64,000 bases of DNA, from contig OZ037767.1 in the NCBI GenBank assembly GCA_964035545.1, positions 4,852,707 through 4,916,706 of the forward strand, written 5' to 3'. Below are positions 1 through 13,173 of this stretch, one piece after another. The stretch comes from Bugula neritina (lineage: Eukaryota > Animalia > Bryozoa). The stretch's first letter is position 1; each line of letters starts with the position of its first letter. The notes below the pieces were generated by a model. The model saw only the letters and a program-made list of their open reading frames with translations. It was not told the DNA's origin and did no database searches. The position numbers and the translations under genes are program-made.

Positions 1-3000
1 ACTCCATGAGCCGGTCGGTGACGTACGAGACCATGAGCATGACAAATAGACCAATCAGCATGCACAGAGTTTTGTACGGGAAATACTGCCGATTAGTCTC
101 GGAGTCGTACCAAGGAAATGCAACGACAGCTTTCCAGTTGAGCAGAGCCTCACCTCCTAGCAATCTCACTGCCAGAGATACAAGGAACCCTGCAGAAACA
201 AATCTCAGTTCTAGAAAATTCCGGAAACAGGAATACAATGTTTCAAGACTGTGACACTACACTGAGCTAAATACAGGCGTCTCTACTTGTATTGGAAGTT
301 AGCAATAATGAAATGAATAATTATAGAGCATCATCTGTACATACTGTAGAGAGCAGCCATAGTCTGGGGGTTAGAGCACTGACTTAGTAAACACGAAGTC
401 ATAGGTTTGAATCCCTGACAAAGGCCATTGGTGATGTTAGCAAGAGCATCCAGTCATAATTTTTGCTGTGTCACATATGAATAATTCCTCAACCCACTTT
501 GAAAAAAACTTTTTCCACCAGGGTTCTGACAGGGGGGAGGGGGGATAGTGACCATAAATTTGCATGAGTTTATTTGTACATACTTTGATTATAGAAAAAC
601 CAGTAGTAGAAGATACAGAAAATACATTAAATAGCACAAAGCAAACAATACACTAACTACACTACATCACACTACACTACACTACACTGCATACATTACG
701 CTGCACTACATTACACACTGCACTACATTGCAATACACTGCACTACATTACACTACATTATATTACACTACTCTACACTGCACTACACTTTTTTCAAATG
801 GACGGTTTGAGAATAGGATACAATATAGGGTAGGCAACTAATATATAATATAATCATGTTCACACAGAAAGACACACTCATTATGCTAATAGTATCACTC
901 AGCTATTTATAACATAGCGAGATCTAATGAAGTGAACTAACCAGTGAGAGATCCGAAAGTGTTGAACCATGAAACGAACATGACGGAGAGGAGTTGGGGG
1001 AAGAGCAGCACATACACAAAGTCTCCACACATGACAAACAGGCCATATACAGTCTGTATGGTTATAGCCAAGACGGCAGCGATAGAACAAAAGACGACAG
1101 CAGCTAATCTCATCACCCATATGACTTCTCTGTCACTAGCCTGCGTAATAGTGTGTTATATTACATGTAGTATTATATAGTATTATGTGCAGTGTATTAT
1201 ATATACTACATGTAGTGTATTATATAGTATTATATGTAGTGTATAATATAGTATTATATGTGGTGTATTATATAGTATTATATGTAGTGTATGTTATAGT
1301 ATATACACTATATCATATACTATATACAATGTATTATATTACAAGCAATATATAATATTGTATGTGGTACATTATATACGATATGACATATTTCAATTAA
1401 TATGTGATATAGTATATTATACAGTATAGTATAGCATAATGTGTATGGTATAATGTAGTATATATACAGTATGATATACAGTAGCAATCTCAGTGTAATA
1501 TATGCTATACTATATACAGCATATAATATCATAGTATTGTAGAATGCATAGTGCAACATAATAGCCCTTGTAACATAACGTAACAGATACCTGGGATATA
1601 GATGCAGGTATTAAGGATAATATAAAGTAACACATACCTGAGGTCTAAACACGGGCTTGTAGACATTCTGGGCAAACATTGTGCTGGAGCTGAGCATAGA
1701 TGAGTCAGCGGATGACATAACGGCAGCAGAGACAGCTCCTAGTCCTATGATAGCCACAACAGGTGGTGTCAGGTACTGCAGCACTAACGGCACTATCAGA
1801 TTAGGCCGTACTGTGCCATCATCCAACACTCCGCTGTATGCAGTCCGGTTCCAGTCTAAAATACCACCAATACGGCCTGGTTAGTATCTCTTGTCAAATA
1901 TTGCTTCGTGGTTAACATTTTGCACTGTGTCTACAGTTATTTTACTTTACATACATCTGATGTAAAAAAGAACTTTTTTGAGTTTTAGCAATTTGGAAAG
2001 GGAGAAAGATTTAGCCCCACACAAAAAAATAATTACACATTTTTGACAGTCCTTGGCTTACTAAAAAGGAATTAAAATCAATGAGCTGTAAACAAGTCAA
2101 ACTGAGCAGAGCTGACCTGTGGAATAGCCTATGGCTCCAATCATCACAGGGGGTATAGCCATTAGCAGACAACCAATACCTCCCAGAAACGAGAGAATTC
2201 GAGCACCATCAGGTGTTCTGCTGGCCAACACTCTTTGGAAGTATACCTGTAACAAGATACGACTAGGTTACTGCAGTCAGTATAGGTCTACCTGTAACAA
2301 GATACGACTAGGTTACTGTAGTCAGTATAGGTCTACCTGTAATCTGGATCTGGGACTTTGTCATTCCCCCAATGTTTATAATTTCTGTTAGAAAATGCTT
2401 TTATTTTTGTCTTTGATGTGTGCATAAATTCCATAGAAATGTTATGTATGTGTAGGAATGATTACATAGTTATGTACCATCAGAATGTTTGCACACTGAG
2501 CATGATGATCACGGGTGCATATGGTGGATGAAGCTTATTATTGTGTAAAGTCTAAACTAAAGGCTTGAATGAAAGGCAAATTTATTGAGAAAGAAGACAA
2601 CTCCTGCCATAATAGATTAATACTGATTTTAAGTCATCGAAGGCAAGACAATTTTATTTAATTAGTAATTAAATTAAAAAGAGCAGCTGTAGTCCAGGGG
2701 TTAGAGCGTTTGCCTAGTAAGCAGGGAGTCATGGGTTCGAACCCAGACAATGGCCATTGGTGATGTTAGGAAGAGCATTCAGTCATAATTGCTCCTGTGT
2801 GACATATGAATAAGTCTTTAGCCTGATTTAATAAAAAAACCTTTTCCATCAGGTTTATAGTTTATAGCGACTATAAACTTGCATGAGTAAGGTTTTTTTA
2901 ATTAAATTATAAAGTTCTGCTGCCCGTACCTGCCAAGGAAGTCCTCCAAACATCAGTAACAGGTAGTCATCAACAAACAAGCCCCAGGACCTGCCTTCCA

Positions 3001-5776
3001 AATAGCCTAACCACCCAACTGTCTCTGATGTAGAGTTTACGGGCACTGAGAACACGTCCCCAACTGCCTCATGATTTATAGCAAATGGTATTGCTGTAAT
3101 CTAAAATATCAACTTTTACATTTTTAAAAAAGCTTCAACTTATTTACAAAGTAATGTGTGGAAGTCATGAGAAGCACAGAATAGCTAGTTAAAGTACAGA
3201 AAAATAATCTAATTGAATTCCAACAAATATAACGTTATACACTGTTGACACTGGAATTTCAAGGCTTCGATCTGTTTAACCAGAGTAACATATTGTACCA
3301 CTATAGTTACACCTATGATTAGTACAATAACATATACCAGCCCTCTAACTTAATATTTCACAGTTTAAGTGTAAAGGATTTAGAAAAAAAGTTATTTTAT
3401 TTATTAAATATAAAAAGAGTCAGGAAAGTTAGAATAACACGTACCAGTCCTGCAGCAATACATAAGAGTTGAATAACATCTGTGTACACAACAGATGCTA
3501 GTCCACCTAACACTACGTACAGTAATGCTACACATGCTGATATGATTACAGATATCCACATTTCTAGACCAATAATCACTGATAGGGTCGAACCTGTAAT
3601 AAGATTCATTACAAAAACTTGAAAATATTTGTCAAAAACACCATCTTCAGGATAATCTTAAAAAAGCCCGTCAGATTTCACTTTGAATTGATGTTCATTG
3701 CATTTTATTATTGAAACCTTGGTCATTTCTTATAAAAATATGCTACTTGTGACATATTTCATTATAAGAATATTAACATCCCTTAAATATGCTTTATTTT
3801 ATAAAAGTTCATGATATAACTGGCCTGACCCAAATGTCAAATGTATGACAAACGCTCGAGACAGCTGACTGTTGGACGACTCACCCAGAGCACTAAGAAT
3901 AGATGCACTCCAAAATATCTCTCCACTCAAGGCGGGGAGAACCAAAACAGCCCCCATCCAGTCTCCCAGTTTCTTCTGAAACGGGTCTATCATAGTTGTA
4001 TATCCAGCTTCCCTCATTGGCTTGGCGAAAAATATTCCTCCTGAAACATTATTTAAAAATTAAAAGAAAATATTTTTAGCAATGTTAGCAATACATATCT
4101 ACAATGTGCGTAGGTTACTAGTGTGGACTAACATTAACGCTAGATGTGTAAGTTGTTATTGGGTGTGTAGGTTAGTACTAGAGATGTAAGTTACTATTTG
4201 GTGTGTAAGTTACTAATTACTACTATGTGTGTAAGTTAATACTCTGTGTATAAATAACAACTAGAAATGTAAGTTACTACTAGAAATGTCAATAACAACT
4301 AAGATGGTAAGTAACAACTACAAATGTAAGCTATTCCTAGAAATGTAAGTTACTACTAGAAATGTAAGTAACTACTAGAAATGTAAGTTACTACTAGATA
4401 TGTAAGTTACAACTTAAGTATGTAAGTTATAGGTGTACCTAGGATGAGACTGATGGAGAAGCCAACTGGTGCCTGGGCCCAGATTAGCCCGGCTCCAGTC
4501 CCACTGACCGAGTTGTAGACCGCTTCAGCAGTGCCATTAATGTAACCTCCACCAACCCAAGTGGCTGTCATTGTGAAAATTCCAACAAACTGTAAACAGA
4601 GTACGAGTATTAATAGTATGTATACAGTCCTGGAATATGCTACTTTTGTGTTTTCCAATACTTTCCTTTATTGATATGTTCTAATCAATGTTTAGCATTT
4701 CAATAATCTTAAAACATCAAAAAATGATATATGAAACAATTTATTACAGGATATCTGCTCAAACATAGCTGGCGATAATTTATAATTTTAATTTACCTCA
4801 TTGAAATTGTCTTCTCAACTGTTCAGTTTAAAGGAGCTTACAGAACGTAATTTAAAATTTGAATCACCACAAAACCTTTCACATAATTTCCTCCAATAAA
4901 AACTCACCACTTGTTTTTTTAGGCAAATCATAAACAAAAAGTAACCCACCCCAGTCAACAAAATTAAACCTAATTTTGTTAGTAGTTTTTTTAAGCTGCA
5001 TAGATCTCTAATTTAACCATGGGCATAATATGAGAGCACAATTCCAACATAAGAATACTGTTCTGACATCTATTCTAGTAACTTTATGAGAAAATAACTC
5101 CTAAATCTAACATATCAACAGTCACATGGTATATTATCTGTCCCTCCCCTAAAGTTGCCTTTATACCTTTACAATTTTCAGTCAGAAATTCAATTTGGCC
5201 GGGTTGAAATTTCTCCGAGTTGCATTGCATTGTAAAAGCCACTCGTAAAAATTTTTGTACTGGGATAACTTAATCGGCCGATTTCAAAATAATACTCAAA
5301 AGGAGTAATAACTCCTTGTGAACATCATTATTTAGTTATGACTTTGGCAATTAGATGACGCACAAGTTTATATGTTAATATAACAATTATCCCTTTTATG
5401 CTGTCAACTTCACCAATTCACGACGTTTACAAAGGGCATCAAATAGCGATTAGGCGAGTCAGATTTCAATTTTAGAAAGTAAGCTTCCGCATCAATATGA
5501 TTTTAACGATTTTCAGTTTGACTATAAAGGGGTACCCAGACGAGTGATATTAACTGAAACTCAGAACTTTTTCCAGTCGAGGTACAAACGCAACTTAACA
5601 CTAGAGTGTTTGCAGGTCACACTCACCATTCCAATATTTCTGCCAGCCAGCATGGTATCTGATGTGCTGGCCTTGGCTTTATTGGACAGCTCTTTCCTTC
5701 CTGCTACGATACCTATCACCAGCATGATGACATAGAAGACCAGCACGGCCACCAACCCCCACACGTTCTCCACCAT
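1..5776 (-). CDS. SLC5A7: High-affinity choline transporter CHT1/SLC5A7-like sodium:solute symporter (spliced, 3' end outside window)
   Basis: Coding exons (- strand): 5776-5627, 4589-4439, 4040-3885, 3593-3445, 3100-2930, 2246-2117, 1855-1638, 1140-942, 189-<1. All junctions are GT-AG with consistent phases; ~504 codons in window. CHT1 hallmark motifs: [97 protein letters not shown]. Orthology versus paralogy is not resolved. Confidence 0.95.
350..570 (+). mobile_element. tRNA-derived SINE copy (family A)
   Basis: gagcagccatagtctgggggttagagc head, degenerate B box ggtttgaatccc, core ggccattggtgatgttagcaagagcatccagtcataa. Flanking direct repeat tgtacatact at 336-345 and 575-584. Confidence 0.85.
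650..790. repeat. (ACTAC)n-type degenerate pentamer microsatellite
   Basis: cactacactacactac... in an SLC5A7 intron. Confidence 0.85.
1148..1560. repeat. AT-rich degenerate minisatellite (tagtattatatgtagtgtatta-like)
   Basis: Visible tandem units in an SLC5A7 intron. Confidence 0.75.
2244..2342. repeat. 45-bp tandem repeat (~2.2 copies) overlapping a splice acceptor
   Basis: tacctgtaacaagatacgactaggttactg(c/t)agtcagtataggtc at 2244 and 2289, partial copy at 2334. Confidence 0.95.
2680..2890 (+). mobile_element. tRNA-derived SINE copy (family A) with intact B box
   Basis: A-box-like tagtccagggg, B box GGTTCGAACCC at 2734-2744, same core and 3' tail gcgactataaacttgcatgagt. TSD-like taattaaatta at 2666-2676 and 2899-2909. 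Confidence 0.88.
4135..4432. repeat. ~19-bp minisatellite (tactactagaaatgtaagt)
   Basis: Tandem degenerate units filling most of an SLC5A7 intron. Confidence 0.85.
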
Positions 5777-5854
5777 GTTGTCACTTCTATTGGTGAGTCA
5801 TACAAACCAATACACCAGCCTGCAAGTAGTGCATAAGTAACAGGCTATATATTA

Positions 5855-6270
5855 ATATACTATAACACAACATCTTACATATTATTATATTATATTACAA
5901 TATACTACATATAATTATACTATAATACAATATACTACATATAATTATACTATGAAGTATAATACAATATACTACGTGTATAATTATACTATAAAGTATA
6001 ATACAATATACTACGTGTATAATTATACTATACTACAATATACTACATATAATTATACTATAATACAATATACTACATATAATTATACTATGAAGTATAA
6101 TACAATATACTACGTGTATAATTATACTATAAAGTGTAATACAATATACTACGTGTATAATTATACTATATAATACAATATACTACATATAATTATACTA
6201 TAATATAATGTACTCCATATTATTATATTATCATACTATGTACTAACTTATTATAATGTAATACAATGTA
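5855..6270. repeat. AT-rich ~30/37-bp minisatellite (tataattatactat[aaagtat]aatacaatatactac)
   Basis: Tandem units; they produce the spurious MKYNTIYYVYNYTI ORF. Confidence 0.9.
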
Positions 6271-7509
6271 TTGTGATACATATTATAAACTACTATGTCG
6301 CAACATTATAATCACAAATAATGCTGCAAGAAGTTACTTGCCCCTGAAACAGTTTGAGTATTTTAGACACTAAAGTCTGGTAATAAGAAGGTGTTACTAT
6401 ATAAGTCGAAGCAGTACTGTGATCAATGTGTGTGCATGAGAACAAAATACCTGCATTAAGTCTAAGCAGTAAACAAAAGCTACTAAAATGCAAATCTCAA
6501 CGCTGACTTTTAATATACTTTGTTCTTCAACACCCCCTAAACAATCTGCTTCATACTTATAGCATATTTTCACACCAACAGATAGAGAACATTTTGTTTT
6601 AAAACTTAGGCTAAACAAAATTCCTCCCAATCATAACATACATGCCAGTAATATTTTCACTAAAAAACTTACAAAGACATTTTTTGACTAAACGAGTAAA
6701 GTGTTACCTTAACAAAGTGATATGCACGGCGGTACTTCAGCACACCACCCAGCAACTGTTTACTGTGTCACCGCTACATGTAATCAGCAACGCCTGCAAC
6801 TATAATAAGGACTTCAGATAACAGAACGAGAGAGATAACAAACTACTATAGCCTTAGTAGAGTATTATAAAATAAGGGCTAAAGATAACCCGCCCCTTAC
6901 TGTTAGCTAAGATGTGCATGAATCCTAGGGCTAGGTGTCTTGACCTTGGAGGTGAACAGAGTGAGGGCTGAGCAATGACAGGTTAAACCCTTAAATATCA
7001 CACCATAATTTATTCTAATGTGACACTAATTTGTCCTTGGGACTATATTAATGATGTGACAAATTAGTGAGCAGTTGATGGCCATTAGTGAAGAACCTGT
7101 GCTGAATAATAAGAAAAGGTGTTACAAAAGCAATTAAAATATTAGACGTGCAGTAGGCTATACTGTACACTCTAATTTAGCATGCTCAGCTTTTTAAGTA
7201 GCATTATTCACATCCATATTGTTAAGTTTAGTTACACAGATTATATCATTTTCATACACCTTGAATTCTGATAAAAATCTCCATGGCTCTACATTTAGAC
7301 TAGTAGGAAATACATGGTATCTGTGAAATCTGCAACATTAACTACAGCTGCCATCTTTTTGGCCTGCCCAGTGCCAAGAACTTGTAAGTAATGAGTTACA
7401 AGATCGTATAGTAATTATGATAGTCCCATACTCTCCACCATGTAACATGACAGCTTATCTTTTTGCTGTGCATGAATACAATATTTGTATTTTGATGTTA
7501 TACTCTCAT

Positions 7510-7722
7510 ATTCACTCACGCAAGTTTATAGTCGCTATCCCTGTGAGAAACCTCTGTTGGAAAGGGTTTTTGCTAGACCGGACTAAAGACTTGTTTAGAT
7601 GAGGCACAGGAGCAATTATGACTGGATGCTCTTCCTAACATCACCAATGGCCTTTGTCTGTTTGAACCCATGACTTCTGTTCACAAAGCAAATGCTTTAA
7701 CCCCTAGACCAAGGCTGCTCCC
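7510..7722 (-). mobile_element. tRNA-derived SINE copy (family A) with 19-bp TSD
   Basis: Reverse complement of the family, flanked by an exact direct repeat tttgatgttatactctcat at 7491-7509 and 7723-7741. Confidence 0.9.
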
Positions 7723-8177
7723 TTTGATGTTATACTCTCATGTTATCATAAATTCCTTCCATTTCAAGTGTCATAGGATTAGACTTGTCAGAAAGTATTG
7801 TCAGGTTGTTGAAAGGTGCTGAGATGAAAAATTTATTTCAGCTTGAGCTTTTAAACTTCCTAAACTTGATTGTTTAATTTTCTAAATAGAACACTGACCA
7901 CATTACAGAAACTAGCTAGAATTTTGGCTATTTGAAAAATCTACAGTCTTGAGTGTAATGGCTGCAGGTTTGCAGTTTTATATGATAGATAGACTGCGAG
8001 ATAGATGCAGCTGTCAGTGAAAAGGCAGGATAATTAAATAGTCATGGTTCTAATCAAAGGCATGTGGCTACTTCAGGAAGTGAATTAGAAATCTAATTAA
8101 CTGTTAGGTAAGTTAGACACAGGTTAAGGAGAAATGAGCACTATAATATCATTTAGGTGCAGCATAGGAAACATGTA

Positions 8178-8973
8178 ATAGCCCAAGTTCTTTTATTTTT
8201 TCAATAAATTTCAGCTTGGGTGGAGGTTTGAAAAAAGAGCAGTGGTGACGAAATTGAGATAGCCTAAATTCTTTATTTTTTTATTACATTTTGGTTTAAA
8301 ATTCTTGCGAGAAAATAACTTCTTTTGCTACATTTCTAATCTAGAACACAGGCTTTTCTCAATTTTTCCTTTACTGCACCCACCTGAGCCATGCACCATA
8401 CAAACAGTGTAGAAATTTATATCAAAAATCTAAGTAGAAGGAAACATGGAGTAAATGTATTGAGTGCAAGTGTAAAACTTGTCAAAGTAGTCATCCATTG
8501 TGACAGAAAAACTTAACATTAAAACACAGCCTAGCAATAGCCAAGAGACAGATACAATTGAAATGAATGAAAGGGAGTTAGTTACTTGTATATTTTAGCT
8601 TAATTTTAATAACAGCATATAATTTTTAAAATAACATATTCTACTGAACTACATGTCATATCAGTTGTACGGATAAGAAATATGAATGGTATGCTGTAAG
8701 CTGGAGAGATAATATTTTAGGGATCTGCATATAAATAATATAAATAGCAAGACAAGATTATTAAAGGAGAAAATTTGAATTGTAGAATGTAGCTTGAGAG
8801 ACCACTAGACAAATAGCCTTAGGTTACCTACGTCTAATCATCTAGCCTACAGTAGTAGAATGATATAACTTTGGGATTGCTGCTAAATTAGCAAAAGAAG
8901 TGATGTTCTTGCGAGAACTTCAAACTTCGATCCAAACCGAAATTTATTAACAAAATTAAAGAACTTGGGCTAT
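8178..8973. mobile_element. MITE-like element with ~55-bp imperfect terminal inverted repeats
   Basis: Left atagcccaagttcttttattttttcaataaatttcagcttgggtggaggtttg is approximately the reverse complement of right caaacttcgatccaaaccgaaatttattaacaaaattaaagaacttgggctat. A third TIR-like copy lies at ~28286-28333. Confidence 0.65.
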
Positions 8974-9249
8974 ATAAGACTAACTTTTCTGACATTAAGA
9001 AAACTAAAAATATTTGAATTCTCACCATGCAGTATCCTTTGATGCCTTGAAAGCATCAATGCTTTTGTATTGACAGAAATAGACTTCGCAGTTACGTAAT
9101 ATTGGCTTCCTTACACAACTATTAGCTAAAAAACATGCTGTAGGAAATTAAATTACATTTTGCAACTACAAACCATGTTTGAAATTAGAAGTAGGCTAAC
9201 ACAGTTAATTAATTATGTAATTATTAACACTTGAAACACTCAGCTTTGT

Positions 9250-9398
9250 ATTATAAAAAGCTGCAGGAGATATTATAAAGAAGTATTAAATGAAGACAGC
9301 CAAACAGTTATTTGAGTTGTAGTGGTTGAGTACAGCTGCTACTCAAGACAGAGCAGCTCAGAGATTTGTGAATGAACAGCCCGGTATATGAGGTGAGT
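9250..9398 (+). promoter_or_regulatory. Putative TATA promoter and non-coding first exon of the SBP-like gene
   Basis: TATAAAA at 9252, TATAAA at 9274, Inr-like acagtt at ~9305, donor GAG|GTGAGT at 9392/9393. Matching acceptor ttgttag at 10061-10067, upstream of ATG 10090. Confidence 0.45.
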
Positions 9399-10089
9399 AG
9401 ACTTAAGCAAGCACAGCCACAGTAAATATTTTATATAGAAATCATCAAAAAATAGAGAGAAGATAGTAACAAGATTTTATGATTTTCTACCATAAATATA
9501 ATTGCCAAAAATTGAATTATTTAAACTAATATAATAATTGAACATAGTAATGATAGTTTCCTATATTTAACTATGTTTTGTATTTTCGTTTAAAGAGGCC
9601 AATATAAAATTACACAGTAGATGTTTAGTTTAGCATTAGAAGTATTTACTAGAAACATAATGATACTATCATCTTATCTACTGAGTACAGCCCAAGATAA
9701 CTGATAAGAAAATGTTTACCGTAAAACAGCATATTTATGGCATAACAGAGTACAGCTCAAGCACAAACAGAAACCAATATTCTGAGTCTAATTCATATTC
9801 ATATATATATTCAATATTTATATCCTGGCCATATTCTGCATTTCAAAGAAATTTCAAGAATAAGAAAGCTAGTAAATTATCAACTCCTTCAATTCTCACG
9901 TAAAATAATTAAAATTTTCATTCCCTACAGTCTCCTTCTTAGTTTAGGCAAAACTTAATGATATGCAGAGGAATAGATTAAAAGTCTAGTATCTATTAAT
10001 AAACGCAATTGAATTACCTGCCAGCCAAGTGTGGTGGCCAGGTGTGTTTTACATATTGTTTTGTTAGATTGCGTCACCAGAAACAGGAG

Positions 10090-13000
10090 ATGGCGAAGAG
10101 CATGTCAGTTTGTTACTGTCTGTTAGCATTGTGTCTGGTCATTTCTTGTGTATCTCTCGTCTTGACTTTGCTCATCATAGCCAAGCCTGGGATCCTAATA
10201 CAGAGGTAGGGTGGTCAAGTATTAGCTCTGTAAATACAGTTAGAATTCATACTGGCATATTTTTGTCTTTATCAATAATCAAATAACATGCTGAACTACT
10301 GATATTTATCTAAATTCACGTTAAATATAGGCCAAATTTCTAAAAGAAATTTGTTTGCATTTATATCAAAAAGAGATGTAAATTATATATTCTATTTATA
10401 TTTATGTTATATACTCATTTTTGTTATATTCTGTAAATTTTCGGAATTGAATATTTGGTAGAACAAAAAGAATACTTTGTCATGAATATTTTGGTTGTCT
10501 TTTCTTCGCAATTATAATATTAAGTGATGGTATTTTAATTTTATATCAAATATTTTCATTATTTATTACTTTATTATTTTAGTATAATATATTAAAATTG
10601 ATTATGCATTCCTTGGACCCCACATTTGTTTCGTATGACTATATTAGCAGTTATAGCACACTAATGCAGAATGCAAATGAACAAAGCGCAAAAACAGCAG
10701 ACAATACCGTAGCCAATGAATACACAATGCAGACACAGAGTGGGCACAACTCTCAAGAAGGACGCAAAGTTTATGTGTTTGCTTATGATGTGCCTTGGGA
10801 GCAATACCAATATGTGTAAGTAACGCGAGATTTGGTCGTTTGCAACAATTATAACAGACTTCGCTGAAATAAAAATGTGAACTGAATGTAAAAATAAACT
10901 GGAACCCTAAAGATTATTTGATGAATATTTAATAGAAAAATCAGGGAAAGGTTACATAGTTTAGGATACTTCGTAATTGAAATGTTCAGACTTGATTTGG
11001 TCACGCTAATATAAACTAATATGTACTAGGTTTTATCTTATACTTATTTAAATATTATTAATCAATAATTTAATAAAATGCAACAAAAAGGTAAATAAAA
11101 GAAACAATAAATCGAAGATAACTTTTTCTAAAGAAACTGAAAACTCAGCAAAGAAATTAGAGATGCTGCATAAAAATTAGTCAATTTTATTACAAATTAT
11201 TTTTACTCAGAGAAAATGAAATAAACAAAAGAAAATGAATTGCAGGACAGCAGAAGGCGAGTTAAGAGGACTATCTGTAGATGTGGTAGACGCAGTCTGC
11301 AATCATGCTATGAAGAGTTGCCAGCACATTGTAGTGCCCATAGAATACTGTTGGAATAATGAAGACTTGATAGGCAGTGGTAAGGTAACTTTCAGAGCCA
11401 CGTGTAAATATATAATTCATCATTTGAATCCTAAACTGTTTTTATCTTGTAGTTTTTTATGAAGACAGAGAAATATTTTAATTATTTAAATAAAGTAAAG
11501 CATAAGCCATACTTTATTGCTGATTAGTGGCCTCCGGCTGCACCGTTTCTAAACCACTCTAATGTGAAACCTTCACCTCAACAATTTGACTTGGTTAATA
11601 CAAAATAGGTGGTCCACCATTAAGCAGTTTATTTTCAAGTGTGAAATGCATTTTGTAGGGTTGTTGGGTAAATGGTTTGACTCTTGTGCGGTTTTTCTCA
11701 AGACAAAAGAAAGAAAAAATGTCTTTAGATTTTCTGGAAGCTTCTATAAACCAAAAAGAGGGCAATTCTATTTTAAGTCTGACAGATCCATATCAGTGGA
11801 GAAGCTAGATGGCCTAATTTTGGGTAAGTGAATGACCAATCACAGGATTAGTATAGGTGTACACTTTTAGACTAAGCAATAGATAACTTAGGCCATCACC
11901 ACTATGCAATAACTCAAACAGGAAATAATAACATTAGTATATATATATGAAATTAAAAGGCTATTTTTACAGGTCTTTATAATTAAAATTGATCAGCTAT
12001 GATAAATGCTAGCTTTTGACAGCTTTTGAGTAACTGCTTCCTATTTTCAATTTTGCTTTCCTATTAATATTTTATGGTTGTGTCTGTGACATAACAATAA
12101 AACTATAATTTTGTTTTTATTAGCTGTAGATTATTTATTTGTAGCTGCATGCACCTTGTCTCTAAAAAGTCTCAATAAACTTGGGAGACTAAAATTAAGC
12201 AAAAATATTGAATCTTTACCTGATGCTTTGACCTCTTTAATGGTCAATAGAATGTGTGAATTGTTTCAGGAGTGAGATCTCATTGGTTCATCAGTGAAAA
12301 CTGTCTACATCAGCACAACATCAAGACAACAGAAACACTAACAGCAGCAAACTATGCTGAGCTATATGAAATGATAGCCAATGACACGGTATATATAATG
12401 CAACAATAAACTTGCATAATAATTAGGTATAGTAAAACTAGTATAGTAGATTAAGTATAAGAAATTAGGTATAGTAAATTAAGTATAGTAGATTAAGTAT
12501 AGTAGTTTAAGTATAGTAAATTAAGTATAAGAAATTAAGTATAGTAGATTAAGTATAGTAAATTAAGTATAAGAAATTAAGTATAGTAAATTAAGTATAG
12601 TAGATTAAGTATAGTAGATTAAGTATAGTAAATTAAGTATAAGAAATTAAGTATAGTAAATTAAGTATAGTAACTCAAATATACTAAATTAAGTATAGTA
12701 AATTAAGTATAGTAAATTAAGTATAGTAATTTAAGTGTAGTAAATTAAGTATTATATGATAAACTATAAAAAAAATAAACATAATAAATCAGGTACAACA
12801 AATTGAGTACAACAAGTTAAATAAATTAGGCTAATAAAAAACTTAAATACCTATGTTCTTACTTTTTATTTGTTATGAGATAAAAATAGGTTTTCCCATC
12901 ATGGGCACAGTGCAGCAGAAGACAGATGCGTTCATTTAGGTTCCCTATTGGTCCATTTACCAAACTATGTACAATAAACTTAACATAATAAATTACATGC

Positions 13001-13126
13001 AATAAATTAAGTATAATAAATGAGTGTAATAAATGAAAAATAATGATAAAGAGAGCAAGTGTAAGCATAGAGAAATAAAAGAAAGATATATATACATGAA
13101 TGTATAGCGCAGCAGTTGTATATATG

Positions 13127-13173
<47 letters not shown>

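Noticed and set aside
2680-2752. Possible tRNA gene
   Set aside because: A/B boxes are present but there is no convincing cloverleaf. It continues into a shared SINE core and has TSDs.
6-5735. + strand ORFs at 6, 944, 1681, 2131, 3841 and 5544
   Set aside because: Antisense shadows of SLC5A7 exons, with no independent coding signal.
12418-12752. Regular short repeats as a CRISPR-like array
   Set aside because: Head-to-tail units without unique spacers, no cas genes, and a eukaryotic intron context.
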